Source of the DNA: Myxococcota bacterium
Lineage (GTDB): Bacteria > Myxococcota_A > UBA9160 > UBA6930
Direction: 5' to 3'
Assembly: GCA_965223415.1 (NCBI GenBank)
Contig: OZ245002.1
Span: forward strand, 4,384,001-4,448,000
DNA: 64,000 bases
A program made the position numbers and the translations under genes. The notes below the pieces were generated by a model, which saw nothing but the letters and a program-made list of their open reading frames with translations, searched no databases and was not told the DNA's origin. Below are positions 52,448 to 62,743 of the stretch, one piece after another. Numbering within the stretch: the stretch's first letter is position 1; each line of letters starts with the position of its first letter.

Positions 52448-53496
52448 AGGACGTCCTCCTCGTGCTCTGCACCCCCGACCACCGCCGGGAGACGGCCCGA
52501 CGCTGTCTCGAGACGGTGCGCTCCACCGATCTCTCCCGAGCCGAGCTGCTGATCGTCGACAACGCCTGGGACGCGGGCTTCCAGCACCCGGCGACGATGG
52601 AGCGTTTCCGCGTGCTCGGCGGCAATCGGCCGATCATCTACCTGGACGACGACGTCGAGATCGACACGTCGGACTGGATCGAGCGCCTGCTGGCGACCCA
52701 CCGCAGCAGCGGCGCGAACGTGGTGGGCTGCCGCCACCGCTCGCGCGAAGGAACGCCGAACCACGTCGGCGCCCAGGTGTTCCGGGACGGAACCACCGAG
52801 ATCCTCTGCGAGCGCCCGGCCGAGGCGGGCCCCGGGCCCTTCGTCCCGGCGGTGAGCAGCGCGGTGATGCTGATCGCCGACCCGACCCGCGTGCGCTTCG
52901 ACCTGCGCTTCGCGAAGTACCAGCACGATCTCGACGTCGGCCTGCAGACGTGGGAGCAGGGCGGGCGGGTGGCCTGCTGTCCCGAGCTCTCGGTCGTGCA
53001 CGTGATGGGCGACTACGCCACGACGCGCCCCGAGGTAATCGGGCGCTTCTGGCCCGACGCGACGCGCTTCCGCGAGAAGTGGCAGACCTTCGCGAGCGAG
53101 AGCCTCTACGTGATCCCGGAGCTCGCGGGCTTCGCCGCCACGGCGCGCCAGTCGAACTGGCTGATGGTCTACCGCGAGGCCTCGGCCCGCCAGCCGCACG
53201 AGCCGGACCTCGCGGCCGAGGTGTTCCGGCGCATCGCCCGCGAGTGCCCGACGCCGGAGCGTGTCTCGGGCGCCTGGTTCCACCTCTATCAGATCGAAGG
53301 GGAGCGCTCCCACCTCGAGGCCTGCCTCGAAGCGGAGCCGGGTCACCGCAAGGCCCGGGCGCTCCTCGAACAGCACCCCCAGGAGAACCCGCCATGCGCG
53401 ACCTCAGGGCCATCAAGCTCACTGTCGGCATCGCCACGGCCGAAGACCTCGGCGCTACCTGCGCGCTCCGGCTGGGCACGTTCGCCTTCGACCTGA
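52444..53496 (+). CDS. glycosyltransferase (GT-A fold) with helical C-terminus
   Basis: LLIVDN, YLDDDVE, FD..F.KYQHDLD, RFREKW. Confidence 0.65.
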   Translation: MKDVLLVLCTPDHRRETARRCLETVRSTDLSRAELLIVDNAWDAGFQHPATMERFRVLGGNRPIIYLDDDVEIDTSDWIERLLATHRSSGANVVGCRHRSREGTPNHVGAQVFRDGTTEILCERPAEAGPGPFVPAVSSAVMLIADPTRVRFDLRFAKYQHDLDVGLQTWEQGGRVACCPELSVVHVMGDYATTRPEVIGRFWPDATRFREKWQTFASESLYVIPELAGFAATARQSNWLMVYREASARQPHEPDLAAEVFRRIARECPTPERVSGAWFHLYQIEGERSHLEACLEAEPGHRKARALLEQHPQENPPCATSGPSSSLSASPRPKTSALPARSGWARSPST

Positions 53497-55541
53497 GCCA
53501 GGTGTTCCACGGCGCCAGCTCCTGCGGCTGGCGCCATGATGCGAGCCCCGTGCGGGCGCGGCAGGCGCTCCTGCGGGCCGCCGTGTTCGAGAGCTTCCGC
53601 ACCCACTGGGATTGGTGGGTGTTGGCTACCGATGCGAGCGCTCCTTCCGTAACGCGCCTGGCGGCCCTCGTCACCCGCGCCGAGACCGAGGCGATGGACG
53701 TCCTCGCCTCCGGGGGCGGCGAGGAGGAGGGCTCCTTCGATCTCCTGCTCGTTCGCGGTGCTGCGGTGCGGGCGCTCCTCGAAGACGGGCCCGTGGCGAA
53801 GACGTTCGGCCCGCTCGACGGCACCCACCCAGACGTCGCGCTGCTCGCGGGCCTCTCCCGCCTGGGCTTCAAGGTCGAGCGGGAGGCGGAGACGGTCGGT
53901 ACGCCGGCCGCGGAGCGCTCCCCCCATCAACCCGTCCGCCTGCCTCGCGAGGTCCACTTCTTCCCGACCGCCTACACCGCGAGCCGGGACGTCGCCTCCC
54001 TCTCCGAGGTCGCGACGCCCCTGCGCACCGCCATCCGCGTGCTGCGGGAGGTGCGGGAGGGCGGCCGCATCGCGGTGTACGGCGCCGGCCAGGTCGCGGA
54101 GGAGGTGGTGCCGCTGCTCGGCGAGCAGGTGGCCTTCGTCCTCGACCGCAACCCCGAGCGCCACGGCAAGCCCTTCCACGGCGTGGAGGTGCATCCGCCG
54201 GAGACCCTGGTCGAGCGCGTGGAGGAAGTGGACGCCGTGCTGATCACGGCCCTCGGCCGGGAGAGCGAGGTGACGACGGCGCTGCTCGACCTGCTGGGCG
54301 CTCGGGCCGATGCGGTTCGCATCCTGGCCCTGGACGGCAGCCGGGTCGCCCGGTCCGAGGCGCCGGCGGACGAGGCGCGGGTGCGCTTCACCAGCGAAGA
54401 GGAAGCCCAGGCCATCGCCGAGGGCGACGCCTTCGTCCCGGCCAAGATCGACCCGGCGTGGAGCACACCGCCGCGTCCGGAGACGACTACCGAGCGCACG
54501 ATCACGAAGCGGGCGGTCCTCTACACCGGCTTCCCCTGCAACATCCGCTGCATCTTCTGTTACTACACCTACGTGATGGACGGGGCCAAGTGGAACCCGC
54601 TCGAGCAGTGCATCCACGACGCGGACCTCTACCGCGACCACTACGGCAACGACGCGGTGGACATCACCGGCGGCGAGCCCACGGCCTATCCGAAGATCGT
54701 GCCGCTGGTCGAGCACTGCGCCACGATCGGCCTGCGCCCGACGCTCATCACGAACATGCGGAAGCTGGCGAAGCTCGATCACGCGCGGGCACTGAAGGAC
54801 GCCGGGGTCGACGACTTCCTGTGCTCGGTGCACGCTCTGGGCCGCGCCTACGACTTCATCGCCCAGACGCGCAACGGCTGGGAGAAGCTCACCCGCGGGC
54901 TCGGCCACATCAACCAGCTGGGTATGCCCTGGCGGACGAACTGCACGCTGACCCTGCGCAACCTGCGCCAGCTCAAGAAGATCGCCGAGTTCTCCCTGCT
55001 GAACGGGAGCCGGGCGATCAACTTCATCAACTACAACCCGTTCTACGAGTGGCAGACGAAGATGGACATCGACTTCCAGGCCCGCCACACCGAGGTGGCG
55101 CCCTACCTGGCCGAGGCGCTGGCCTACTGCGACGAGGTCGGGCTGGAGGCGAACGTCCGCTACTTCCCCCTCTGCATGATGAAGGGGCACGAGGAGAAGG
55201 CCTACAACTACGGCCAGCTCTCCTACGACCACCACGAGTGGGATTACAACAGCTGGTACTCGATCGATGTCGAGAACCCCTCGGCGAAGTATCCGACCTG
55301 GCTTCCGTCTCTCGAGGAGGACGAGCACGCGCTCCACGAGTTCCAGGCCCGCCGGACCCGGGAGGATGCCTACGCGTCCTGTACGACCTGCTCGACCTGC
55401 AGCGTGCGGAGCATCTGCGACGGCTTCACCAAGCAGTACGCCGAGCGCTTCGGCACCGCGGAGGCGGTGCCCTACGAGGGCGCGCCGGTCACCGAGCTGA
55501 CCCACTTCATCCGCGAGCAGCGCAAGATCGTGGACCGCTAG
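53394..55541 (+). CDS. multidomain radical SAM protein
   Basis: CNIRCIFC, TGGEPT, C-terminal CTTCSTCSVRSIC cluster; middle IAVYGAG...LDRNPERHGK domain; RBS AGGAG. Confidence 0.85.
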   Translation: MRDLRAIKLTVGIATAEDLGATCALRLGTFAFDLSQVFHGASSCGWRHDASPVRARQALLRAAVFESFRTHWDWWVLATDASAPSVTRLAALVTRAETEAMDVLASGGGEEEGSFDLLLVRGAAVRALLEDGPVAKTFGPLDGTHPDVALLAGLSRLGFKVEREAETVGTPAAERSPHQPVRLPREVHFFPTAYTASRDVASLSEVATPLRTAIRVLREVREGGRIAVYGAGQVAEEVVPLLGEQVAFVLDRNPERHGKPFHGVEVHPPETLVERVEEVDAVLITALGRESEVTTALLDLLGARADAVRILALDGSRVARSEAPADEARVRFTSEEEAQAIAEGDAFVPAKIDPAWSTPPRPETTTERTITKRAVLYTGFPCNIRCIFCYYTYVMDGAKWNPLEQCIHDADLYRDHYGNDAVDITGGEPTAYPKIVPLVEHCATIGLRPTLITNMRKLAKLDHARALKDAGVDDFLCSVHALGRAYDFIAQTRNGWEKLTRGLGHINQLGMPWRTNCTLTLRNLRQLKKIAEFSLLNGSRAINFINYNPFYEWQTKMDIDFQARHTEVAPYLAEALAYCDEVGLEANVRYFPLCMMKGHEEKAYNYGQLSYDHHEWDYNSWYSIDVENPSAKYPTWLPSLEEDEHALHEFQARRTREDAYASCTTCSTCSVRSICDGFTKQYAERFGTAEAVPYEGAPVTELTHFIREQRKIVDR

Positions 55542-55587
55542 GCATCGGCGTGCAGCAGGAGATCGCGGACCGCTAGCATCGGGGGCC

Positions 55588-56175
55588 GTGTCCGGCCCCC
55601 CGTCCGCGTTCCGAGAAGGCTCCCTGCTGCTCGCCGAGCCGGGCTTCCGCCGGCTCTTCGCGGCGCGCTTCGTCTCGGCCTTCGGAAGCGCGATGGCGCC
55701 GGTGGCGATGGCCTTCGGGGTGCTCGAGCTGACCGACGCGCCGCGGATGGTGGGCTGGGTGATCGCCTCCCAGACGGCGGCGCAGGTGGCCGTCCAGCTC
55801 TTCGGTGGCGCCCTCGCCGACCGGGGCTCCCGCAAGCGCATGATGATCGGCGGGGACCTCCTGGCCGCGGCCGCGGAGCTCGCGCTGGCCTGGCTGCTGC
55901 TGCGCGGGGACGCGCCGGTGCTGTGGCAGACGGCCCTGCACACCCACGTGGCACCGGAGGCCCTCTCGCGGGTGAGCGCCTACGACATCCTCGGATCGAT
56001 CGCCCTGGCGCCGCTGGGCGAAGCCGTGGCCGGCCCTCTGGTCGAAGCCCTCGGTGCCGGCACGACCCTGGCCTGGGGCGTCGGCTTCATCGTCGTACCG
56101 ACCCTGCTGGTGCTGACGGTTCCCGAGGTGCGGCAGCTCCGATCCGGGCATACCCTGGCGGCTGAGGAGACGTGA
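55588..56175 (+). pseudogene. MFS transporter with large internal deletion
   Basis: N-terminal GGALADR..RKRMM joined at ...APVLW|QTAL... to C-terminal LSRVSAYD; only 195 aa. Confidence 0.7.
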
Positions 56176-57002
56176 TGAAGAACCTGTTCGGCTACGAAGG
56201 CAAGCGCTGCCTGTTCGCGGGCTGCTTCTCGGGCATGGGGGAGGCGGCGGCCCAGATCGTCGAGAGCCTCGGCGGGACCGTGGTCGCCGCGGACATCAAG
56301 CGCCCCACCAGCTTCGGCTACGAGCGCTTCCTGGAGGTGGACCTGCGCGAGGCCGCGGCCATCGAGCAGATGGTGGCGGAGGCGGCGTCGGGCGGGCCCA
56401 TCGATCGCCTCTTCTACTGTGCGGGGCTCCCGGGCACCTTCCCCACCGTCGACGTGATGCTCGTCAACTTCGTCGGGCTCAAGCACACGATCGAGACGGC
56501 GGTGCCCCACATGCCCCGGAGCGGGGCCGCCGTGAGCATCTCCTCCTCCGCGGGAATGGGCTACCTGGCGCAGATGCAGGCGGTGATGCCCCTGGTGGAT
56601 GCGGCCGGTCATGCGGAAGGCAAGAAGTGGGTCGAGGAGCATGCCGGAGAGATCGAGGCCTACTCCTTCTCGAAGATGTGCACCATCGTCTACACGCTGA
56701 AGCGCGCGGCCACGCTCACGGCGGAGACCGGGATTCGACTCAACTGCACGAGCCCCGGCCCCACGGACACGCCGATGATGCCGGCGTTCGTGGAGCAGGC
56801 CGGCAAGAGGTTCATGGATGCCTACCCGAAGCCGGTCGGACGGAACTCGACCTCCGAGGAGCAGGGCTGGCCCCTGGCATTCCTGAACAGCAACGCCGCC
56901 AGCTACGTGTCTGGGGAGAACCTCTACACCGACGGGGGCGGGGCAGCCGGCATGATGACCGGCCAGCTCACGATGGACGTGAGTCTGATGGGACAGGACT
57001 GA
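56172..57002 (+). CDS. SDR oxidoreductase (coniferyl-alcohol/3-alpha-hydroxysteroid dehydrogenase-like)
   Basis: GCFSGMG, YSFSK, SPGPTDTPM, G.NLYTDGG. Confidence 0.85.
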   Translation: MMKNLFGYEGKRCLFAGCFSGMGEAAAQIVESLGGTVVAADIKRPTSFGYERFLEVDLREAAAIEQMVAEAASGGPIDRLFYCAGLPGTFPTVDVMLVNFVGLKHTIETAVPHMPRSGAAVSISSSAGMGYLAQMQAVMPLVDAAGHAEGKKWVEEHAGEIEAYSFSKMCTIVYTLKRAATLTAETGIRLNCTSPGPTDTPMMPAFVEQAGKRFMDAYPKPVGRNSTSEEQGWPLAFLNSNAASYVSGENLYTDGGGAAGMMTGQLTMDVSLMGQD

Positions 57003-57009
57003 CCGCCGG

Positions 57010-57840
57010 GTGACGCCGGACGCGATCCTCCTGACCGACCGCGTGGCGATCGTCACCGGCGGCGGGCGCGGCATCGGCGAAGGAGTCGCACGGACGCTGG
57101 CTGCCTTCGGCGCCGCCGTGGTGATCGCGGACAAGGACGCCGACGCCGGGGAGCGCGTGGCGGCGGGCCTGGGGGAGGCGGGCCAGCGCGCCCTCGCGGT
57201 GGCGACCGACGTCCGCGACCCCGAGGCCTGCGACGAGCTGGTGAAGCGCGCCAGAGCGGAGCTGGGCCGGGTCGACATCCTCGTCAACAACGCCGGAGGG
57301 GTGCGCCCCGCCGACTTCCTCGAGCTCGGCCCCGAGGGGCGCCGCCGCCACGTGGCCCTGAACTTCGAGGGGCTCTTCGCGCCCACGGATCCCACGGCCC
57401 GGGCGATGATCGCGGGGGGAAGCGGCGGAAGCATCGTCAACGTCGCCAGCATCGAGGGGCTGCGTGCGGCGCCGGGCTACTCGGTCTACGCCGCCTGCAA
57501 GGCGGGCATGCTCGGCTTCACGAAGAGCCTCGCCCTCGAGCTGGCTCCCCACGGCATCCGGGTCAATGCGATTGCCCCCGACGTCGTCGACACCCCGGGA
57601 CTGGCGGGCTTCTTCGAGGCCGGCGCCGGCGCGCGCGCCCGCGCCGAGCGCCTGGTTCCCCTGGGCCGTCTCGGGAGCGTCGATGACTGCGCGGCGGCCT
57701 GCGTGTTCCTGGCATCGGACATGGCGGCCTATGTGACGGGTGTGACCCTCTCGGTGGACGGGGGCACCGCGGCCGCCGGCGGCTGGCGGCAGGGGGCTGG
57801 CGGAGGCTGGATCCTCGGCGACGACCCGCGAGGCCGTTGA
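57010..57840 (+). CDS. SDR oxidoreductase
   Basis: TGGGRGIG, NNAG, YAACK, RVNAIAP, VDGG. Confidence 0.9.
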   Translation: MTPDAILLTDRVAIVTGGGRGIGEGVARTLAAFGAAVVIADKDADAGERVAAGLGEAGQRALAVATDVRDPEACDELVKRARAELGRVDILVNNAGGVRPADFLELGPEGRRRHVALNFEGLFAPTDPTARAMIAGGSGGSIVNVASIEGLRAAPGYSVYAACKAGMLGFTKSLALELAPHGIRVNAIAPDVVDTPGLAGFFEAGAGARARAERLVPLGRLGSVDDCAAACVFLASDMAAYVTGVTLSVDGGTAAAGGWRQGAGGGWILGDDPRGR

Positions 57841-57898
57841 GTCCGCGGGGCGGGCCAGTATCCTCCGCGCCCGGGCCGAAAGCAGGGGGAGGGCCGCG

Positions 57899-59776
57899 GT
57901 GTTCGCAGGGCGTGTGGGTCGGGTCCGTCTGGGCCTCCTCGTGGTGCTCGGCCTGCTCGTCTGGGGGCTCGCCTCCGGCGCCACGCCCTTCGACGAGGCC
58001 GGGGTCGGCTGGGCCCTGGAGCGGGGCCACAGCCCGCAGCCCGTCGACTACTGGGCGAGCTTCGGCTTCCCCTTCGCCGTCGCGGACGTCGTGCTCCTGG
58101 CGCTGGCGATCGCCTTCGTGCCGCTCTGGCTCGGGGGAACCCAGGTCTCGGAGGTCGCCGGTCTCGGCCGTCCGCGTCGCCGTCTCGCCGGTGTGCTCCT
58201 GGTGCTCGCCGCCATGGCCACCCTCGCGGTCCTGGCCTGGCCCAGGCTCTCCCACAGCCTGTGGGACGACGAGTCCTACGCGGTCGCGCGGGTGATCGCC
58301 GGCAACTGGGTCGTCGACGAACGCAGCGGGGAGATCGACTACAAGAAGACGGATTGGGCGGCGGCGTTCTGGTTCTACCGCAAGCCCACCAATCACGTCC
58401 CGGCCAGCATCCTCGCGCGGACCACGGCGAAGCTCGCGAAGCGCGACGACAAGCGGGTCGACGAACGCGCCTTGCGTGCACCGGCTTTCGTGTTCGGCCT
58501 GCTGGCGGTTGGAGCGGTGGCCTGGATGCTGTGGCGGCTCGGCTTCGGCACGGCGGGGATCTTCGCCGCCTGGCTGGTGGCGCTGCACCCGTGGACGCTC
58601 CGCTACACCGCGGAGGCGCGTGGCTACTCGATGGCGATGTTCCTGGGCTGCCTCAGTGTCACGGCCGCGGTGGCGGCGCTCCACCGCGGCGCCTGGCGGG
58701 CCTGGTTGGGCTTCGGAGCGGCGCAGTTCTTCCTGCTCTGGACGAACCCCTCCGTCGTCTACTTCCTGGTCCTCCTGAACCTCGCGATCCTGGCGTCGCT
58801 TCTCCGTCTGCACCCCGGGCCTTCGGAGCGTCGCGAGCAGGTGACCCGGTGGAGCGCGGTCAACATCCTGGGCGGCATGCTCTGGCTGCCCCTGATGGCG
58901 CCGAACGTGCCGCAGCTTCTTCGCTACCTGGCCGAAGGGAGCAGCAAGGTCTGGATCACACCCCGATTCCTGCGCGACAGCGCCGCGAACCTGATCTCGG
59001 GCATGGACTGGCGCCACGGGGGCGCGCCGCTCTATCCGGAGCTCTCCGCGATGGTCTCGGAGCATCCGCTTCCCGCCTGCACCCTGATCGCCGCGTTGGT
59101 GCTGCTGGTGCTCGCCGGCGCCGCGCGGCTCGTCCGGTCGGGCGTCGTCCGGCGCAACCTGGCCTTCCCGCTGCTCCTCGCCCTGCCGGTCACGGTCTTC
59201 TACCTGTGGCTGCGGGACGACCGCAGCTACACCTGGTACTTCGTGTTCTTCGTTCCCCAGCTCGCGGCCCTGGCGGCACTGGGGGCCACCTGGCTGCTCG
59301 AAGCGGGGCGGGCGCGCCGCCCGGTGGCGGCGGGGGGGGTCGTGCTGGCCACTCTCGTCCTCGTCGGGTTCGCCTGGCTGACCGAGCCCGGTCGAAGCGC
59401 CCTCCGCGCCCGTGCCTACTTCCCGGAGAGGGACTCGGTGCTCCTCACCCGGCCGAGCCTCGACCCGAGCAGCGCAGAGAACGGCCGGATCCTGACCGCC
59501 ACCTGGACGTCGCCCCCGGTCTACTACGACCCCCAGGCCCGCTACGTGCCGAAGCACGAGGACTTCCTGGCGGTCATCGCCGAGGCCGAGGAGAGAGGCC
59601 TGCCGCTCTTCGTCAACTTCGGACGCCGCAACATGGCGGTCCGGCGGGCGCCGGAGAACCTGGCCCTGGTCGAGGATCCCTCGCGCTTCGAGCACATAGC
59701 GACCCTCCCCGGCTATACGCCGGTGCGCACGCGCTACGTCTACCGGTATCTCGGAGGCGACGACCCTCCGCGCTAG
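57899..59776 (+). CDS. polytopic membrane glycosyltransferase (GT-C/PMT-like)
   Basis: SLWDDE, LRAPAFVFG, YTAEARGYS; many TM segments. Confidence 0.7.
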   Translation: MFAGRVGRVRLGLLVVLGLLVWGLASGATPFDEAGVGWALERGHSPQPVDYWASFGFPFAVADVVLLALAIAFVPLWLGGTQVSEVAGLGRPRRRLAGVLLVLAAMATLAVLAWPRLSHSLWDDESYAVARVIAGNWVVDERSGEIDYKKTDWAAAFWFYRKPTNHVPASILARTTAKLAKRDDKRVDERALRAPAFVFGLLAVGAVAWMLWRLGFGTAGIFAAWLVALHPWTLRYTAEARGYSMAMFLGCLSVTAAVAALHRGAWRAWLGFGAAQFFLLWTNPSVVYFLVLLNLAILASLLRLHPGPSERREQVTRWSAVNILGGMLWLPLMAPNVPQLLRYLAEGSSKVWITPRFLRDSAANLISGMDWRHGGAPLYPELSAMVSEHPLPACTLIAALVLLVLAGAARLVRSGVVRRNLAFPLLLALPVTVFYLWLRDDRSYTWYFVFFVPQLAALAALGATWLLEAGRARRPVAAGGVVLATLVLVGFAWLTEPGRSALRARAYFPERDSVLLTRPSLDPSSAENGRILTATWTSPPVYYDPQARYVPKHEDFLAVIAEAEERGLPLFVNFGRRNMAVRRAPENLALVEDPSRFEHIATLPGYTPVRTRYVYRYLGGDDPPR

Positions 59777-59798
59777 GATGGCGCCCGAGGAGGTCGCC

Positions 59799-60650
59799 AT
59801 GCCGGAGCTCGCCCGTCTGAAGCCCGCCGACGGTCCCGACGCCGTCGTCGCCGCCCTGGAGGCGGACGGTGCCGTCATCGTCGAAGGCCTGCTAGCGGGG
59901 GACACGCTCGCCCGGGTGAACGAGGAGCTCACGCCGCACCTCGAGGCCGCCGATCCGGGGATGGCCCACCTGAACCCGGGCGTGGCCTTCTTCTTCGGGG
60001 ACAAGACCCGCCACGTCTCGGGGGTGGCCGGGAAGTCCCGGAGCTTCGCCACCGAGGTGATGATCGACCCGCTCCTGCTGGCGGTGTGCGACCGGGTGCT
60101 GCTGCCGGCCTGCGCGGCCTACCAGCTGAACCTGGGCCACGTGATCGACCGGGGGCCCGGCTCCGAGGCCCAGCTGCTGCACCGCGACGAGCTGGTCTGG
60201 TCCTTCGTGCCCGATCCCCACCCGGAGCTCCAGGTGGCGACGATGATCGCCCTGGAGGACTTCACCGGCGAGATCGGAGCGACGCGGCTCGTGCCCGGGA
60301 GCCACCGCTGGCCGAGGGATCGGCAGGCGAAGCCCGAGGAGGTCGTAGAGGCGATCATGCCCGCCGGCTCGGCGGCGATCTACCTGGGCTCGACCATCCA
60401 CGGCGGCGGCGCCAACTCGACGTCCGACCGCTTCCGGCGCGGCCTGCACCTGAGCTACACGCTCGGCTGGCTGCGCACCGAGGAGAGCAACCTGCTCGCC
60501 GTGCCGCCGGAGCTGGCCCGCGAACTGCCGCGGCGCGCCCAGGAGCTCCTCGGCTACGCGGTGCACGACGCCATCCGCCACGGCGGGGGCTACCTGGGCA
60601 TGCTCGGCCTCGAGGATCCGGTGGACCTGCTCCGGGACGGACGCCTCTAG
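59799..60650 (+). CDS. phytanoyl-CoA dioxygenase family (Fe/2OG) protein
   Basis: LHRD, GATRLVPGSH, HGGGAN, LGWLRTEE; alternative start 59778. Confidence 0.88.
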   Translation: MPELARLKPADGPDAVVAALEADGAVIVEGLLAGDTLARVNEELTPHLEAADPGMAHLNPGVAFFFGDKTRHVSGVAGKSRSFATEVMIDPLLLAVCDRVLLPACAAYQLNLGHVIDRGPGSEAQLLHRDELVWSFVPDPHPELQVATMIALEDFTGEIGATRLVPGSHRWPRDRQAKPEEVVEAIMPAGSAAIYLGSTIHGGGANSTSDRFRRGLHLSYTLGWLRTEESNLLAVPPELARELPRRAQELLGYAVHDAIRHGGGYLGMLGLEDPVDLLRDGRL

Positions 60651-60657
60651 CTCCGGG

Positions 60658-61026
60658 ATGATCCACCACCTGGGCGAGTTCGCCTCGGATTTCCCGGCGA
60701 GTCGCGCCTTCTACGCGGCCGCCCTGGCGCCGCTCGGTATCGTGGTGGGCTACGAGGCCGAGGAGGTCTGCGAGTTCTGGCGAGAGGAGGCGGACACGCC
60801 GTCACTCTCCCTGGGCGTCGCCCGCGACGAGGTGACGCGCGGGGTGCACCTGGCCTTCCAGGCCGCCGATCGGACGCAGGTCGACGCCTTCTTCCGCGCG
60901 GCTCTCGCCGCCGGAGGCCGCGAGCGCGAGAGGCCGCGCTACTGGCCGCAGTACCGCGCCTACTGCGCCTTCGTCAGCGACCCGGACGGCAACAACATCG
61001 AGGCCGTCCACAAGGAGGTGGCGTGA
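60658..61026 (+). CDS. VOC/glyoxalase family protein
   Basis: FYAAALAPLG, HLAF...VDAF, DPDGNNIEAV. Confidence 0.88.
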   Translation: MIHHLGEFASDFPASRAFYAAALAPLGIVVGYEAEEVCEFWREEADTPSLSLGVARDEVTRGVHLAFQAADRTQVDAFFRAALAAGGRERERPRYWPQYRAYCAFVSDPDGNNIEAVHKEVA

Positions 61027-61057
61027 GCGCTACCCTGGTGCCGGCGAGGAGGCTCCC

Positions 61058-62743
61058 ATGAGCGAAGCGTTCGATCTCCTGGTTCGCGGTGGCACGCTGG
61101 TCGACGGGACGGGGGCGCAGGCCGTGCGTGCCGACGTCGGCGTGCGGGCAGGCCGCATCGAAGCCGTCGGTCCGGATCTCGGGGCCGCGGCCGAGCGCAC
61201 CATCGAGGCCGACGGACGCGTCGTCGCGCCGGGCTTCGTCGACATCCACACCCACTACGACGCCCAGGTGTTCTGGGATCGCATGCTCACGATCTCGCCC
61301 TGGCACGGAGTGACGTCGGTCGTGGTGGGCAACTGCGGCTTCGGGATCGCCCCGACCCGCCCGGAGCATCGCGAGCTGATCCTGCGCACGCTGGAGAACG
61401 TCGAGGGGATGGGGCTCGAGGCGCTCCAGGAGGGGGTCGGCGAGGACTGGCCCTTCGAGACCTTTCCGGAGTTCCTGGACGCGATCGAGCGGCGGGGCAC
61501 CGCGATCAACGTCGGAGCCCTGATCGGGCACACGCCGCTCCGCACGTACGTGATGGGGGAGGCGTCGACCGAGCGGGAGGCGAGCGCGGACGAAGTCGCC
61601 GAGATGCGCCGGCTGGTCGCGGAGGCGATGCGCGCCGGCGCCCTGGGCTTCGCCACGTCCAAGGCGCCGACCCATGTGGGCTACGCGGGGCGGCCTGTGC
61701 CGAGCCGCGCGGCGTCCCTCGACGAGATCGAGACGATCGCGAGCGTGCTGGCCGAGAGCGAGCACGGCGTCGTGCAGGCGACCCTCGGCCCGGGCTTCCT
61801 CCCCGACCAGTTCGCCTCGATCGCGCGCGCCACCGGCAAGCCCTTCAGCTGGACGGCGCTCCTCGGCGGCGCCTTCGGTCCCGAGGGTCATCGCGGCATC
61901 CTCGAGCAAGCCGCGAAGCTCCAGGCCGAGGGCCTCGAGATCGTGCCCCAGGTGACCGGCCGGCCGCTGATGTTCGAGTTCCAGTGGAAGGCGCCGTTCC
62001 CCTTCGAGTCGATGCCGCTTTTCCATCCGGTCTCCGCCGCCGATTTCGAGGGCAAGAAGGCGATCTACGCCGATCCGGAGTTCCGCCGGCAGCTGCGCGA
62101 GTGGGACGCCCCCACCGGCTTCGGGGTGCGCTGGGACCGGACGACGATCGCCGACGTGCCTGGGCAGCCGGAGCTGGCGGAGCGCTCCCTCGACGAGGTG
62201 GCCCGGGAGCGCGGCGTCCACCCGGCGGACCTGGCCCTCGACCTCGGTCTCGAGAGCGAGCTCGAGGCGCGCTTCCGCTCGGCGATCGCCAATGCGGAGG
62301 AGTCGATCGTCGCGGAGCTCCTCACCCATCCGGCGGCGATGCTCGGGCTCTCGGACGCTGGCGCCCACGCCAGCCAGCTCTGCGACGCCTGCTTCAGCAC
62401 GCACCTGCTGGGGCACTGGGTGCGGGAGAAGGGTGCGCTCTCCCTCGAGGAGGGGGTGCGGCTGCTGACCTCGCGCTCCGCGGACGTCTTCGGCCTTCAC
62501 GATCGGGGGCGCGTCGCGCCGGGCCTGGCGGCGGATCTCGTCGTCTTCGCCCCGGAGATCGTCGGATGCGGGCCGCTCCAGCGGGTGCACGACTTGCCCG
62601 GCGGCGCCGATCGGCTGCAGTCCGAGGCCTTCGGCATCGACGCGGTGGTGGTGAACGGCGTCGTCCTGCGGGAGGGCGGCGAGGACCGGGTCGACCCGGA
62701 CGGGGCCCTGCCGGGCCGCGTTCTTCGGGGAGGATCGTCATGA
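61058..62743 (+). CDS. N-acyl-D-amino-acid deacylase family amidohydrolase
   Basis: PGFVDIHTHYD, GNCGFG, SDAGAH, ADLVVF. Confidence 0.9.
   Translation: MSEAFDLLVRGGTLVDGTGAQAVRADVGVRAGRIEAVGPDLGAAAERTIEADGRVVAPGFVDIHTHYDAQVFWDRMLTISPWHGVTSVVVGNCGFGIAPTRPEHRELILRTLENVEGMGLEALQEGVGEDWPFETFPEFLDAIERRGTAINVGALIGHTPLRTYVMGEASTEREASADEVAEMRRLVAEAMRAGALGFATSKAPTHVGYAGRPVPSRAASLDEIETIASVLAESEHGVVQATLGPGFLPDQFASIARATGKPFSWTALLGGAFGPEGHRGILEQAAKLQAEGLEIVPQVTGRPLMFEFQWKAPFPFESMPLFHPVSAADFEGKKAIYADPEFRRQLREWDAPTGFGVRWDRTTIADVPGQPELAERSLDEVARERGVHPADLALDLGLESELEARFRSAIANAEESIVAELLTHPAAMLGLSDAGAHASQLCDACFSTHLLGHWVREKGALSLEEGVRLLTSRSADVFGLHDRGRVAPGLAADLVVFAPEIVGCGPLQRVHDLPGGADRLQSEAFGIDAVVVNGVVLREGGEDRVDPDGALPGRVLRGGSS

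Noticed and set aside
53394..55590. RiPP cluster around the radical SAM
   Set aside because: No precursor peptide, RRE/PqqD domain or peptidase seen; the neighbours point to sugar chemistry
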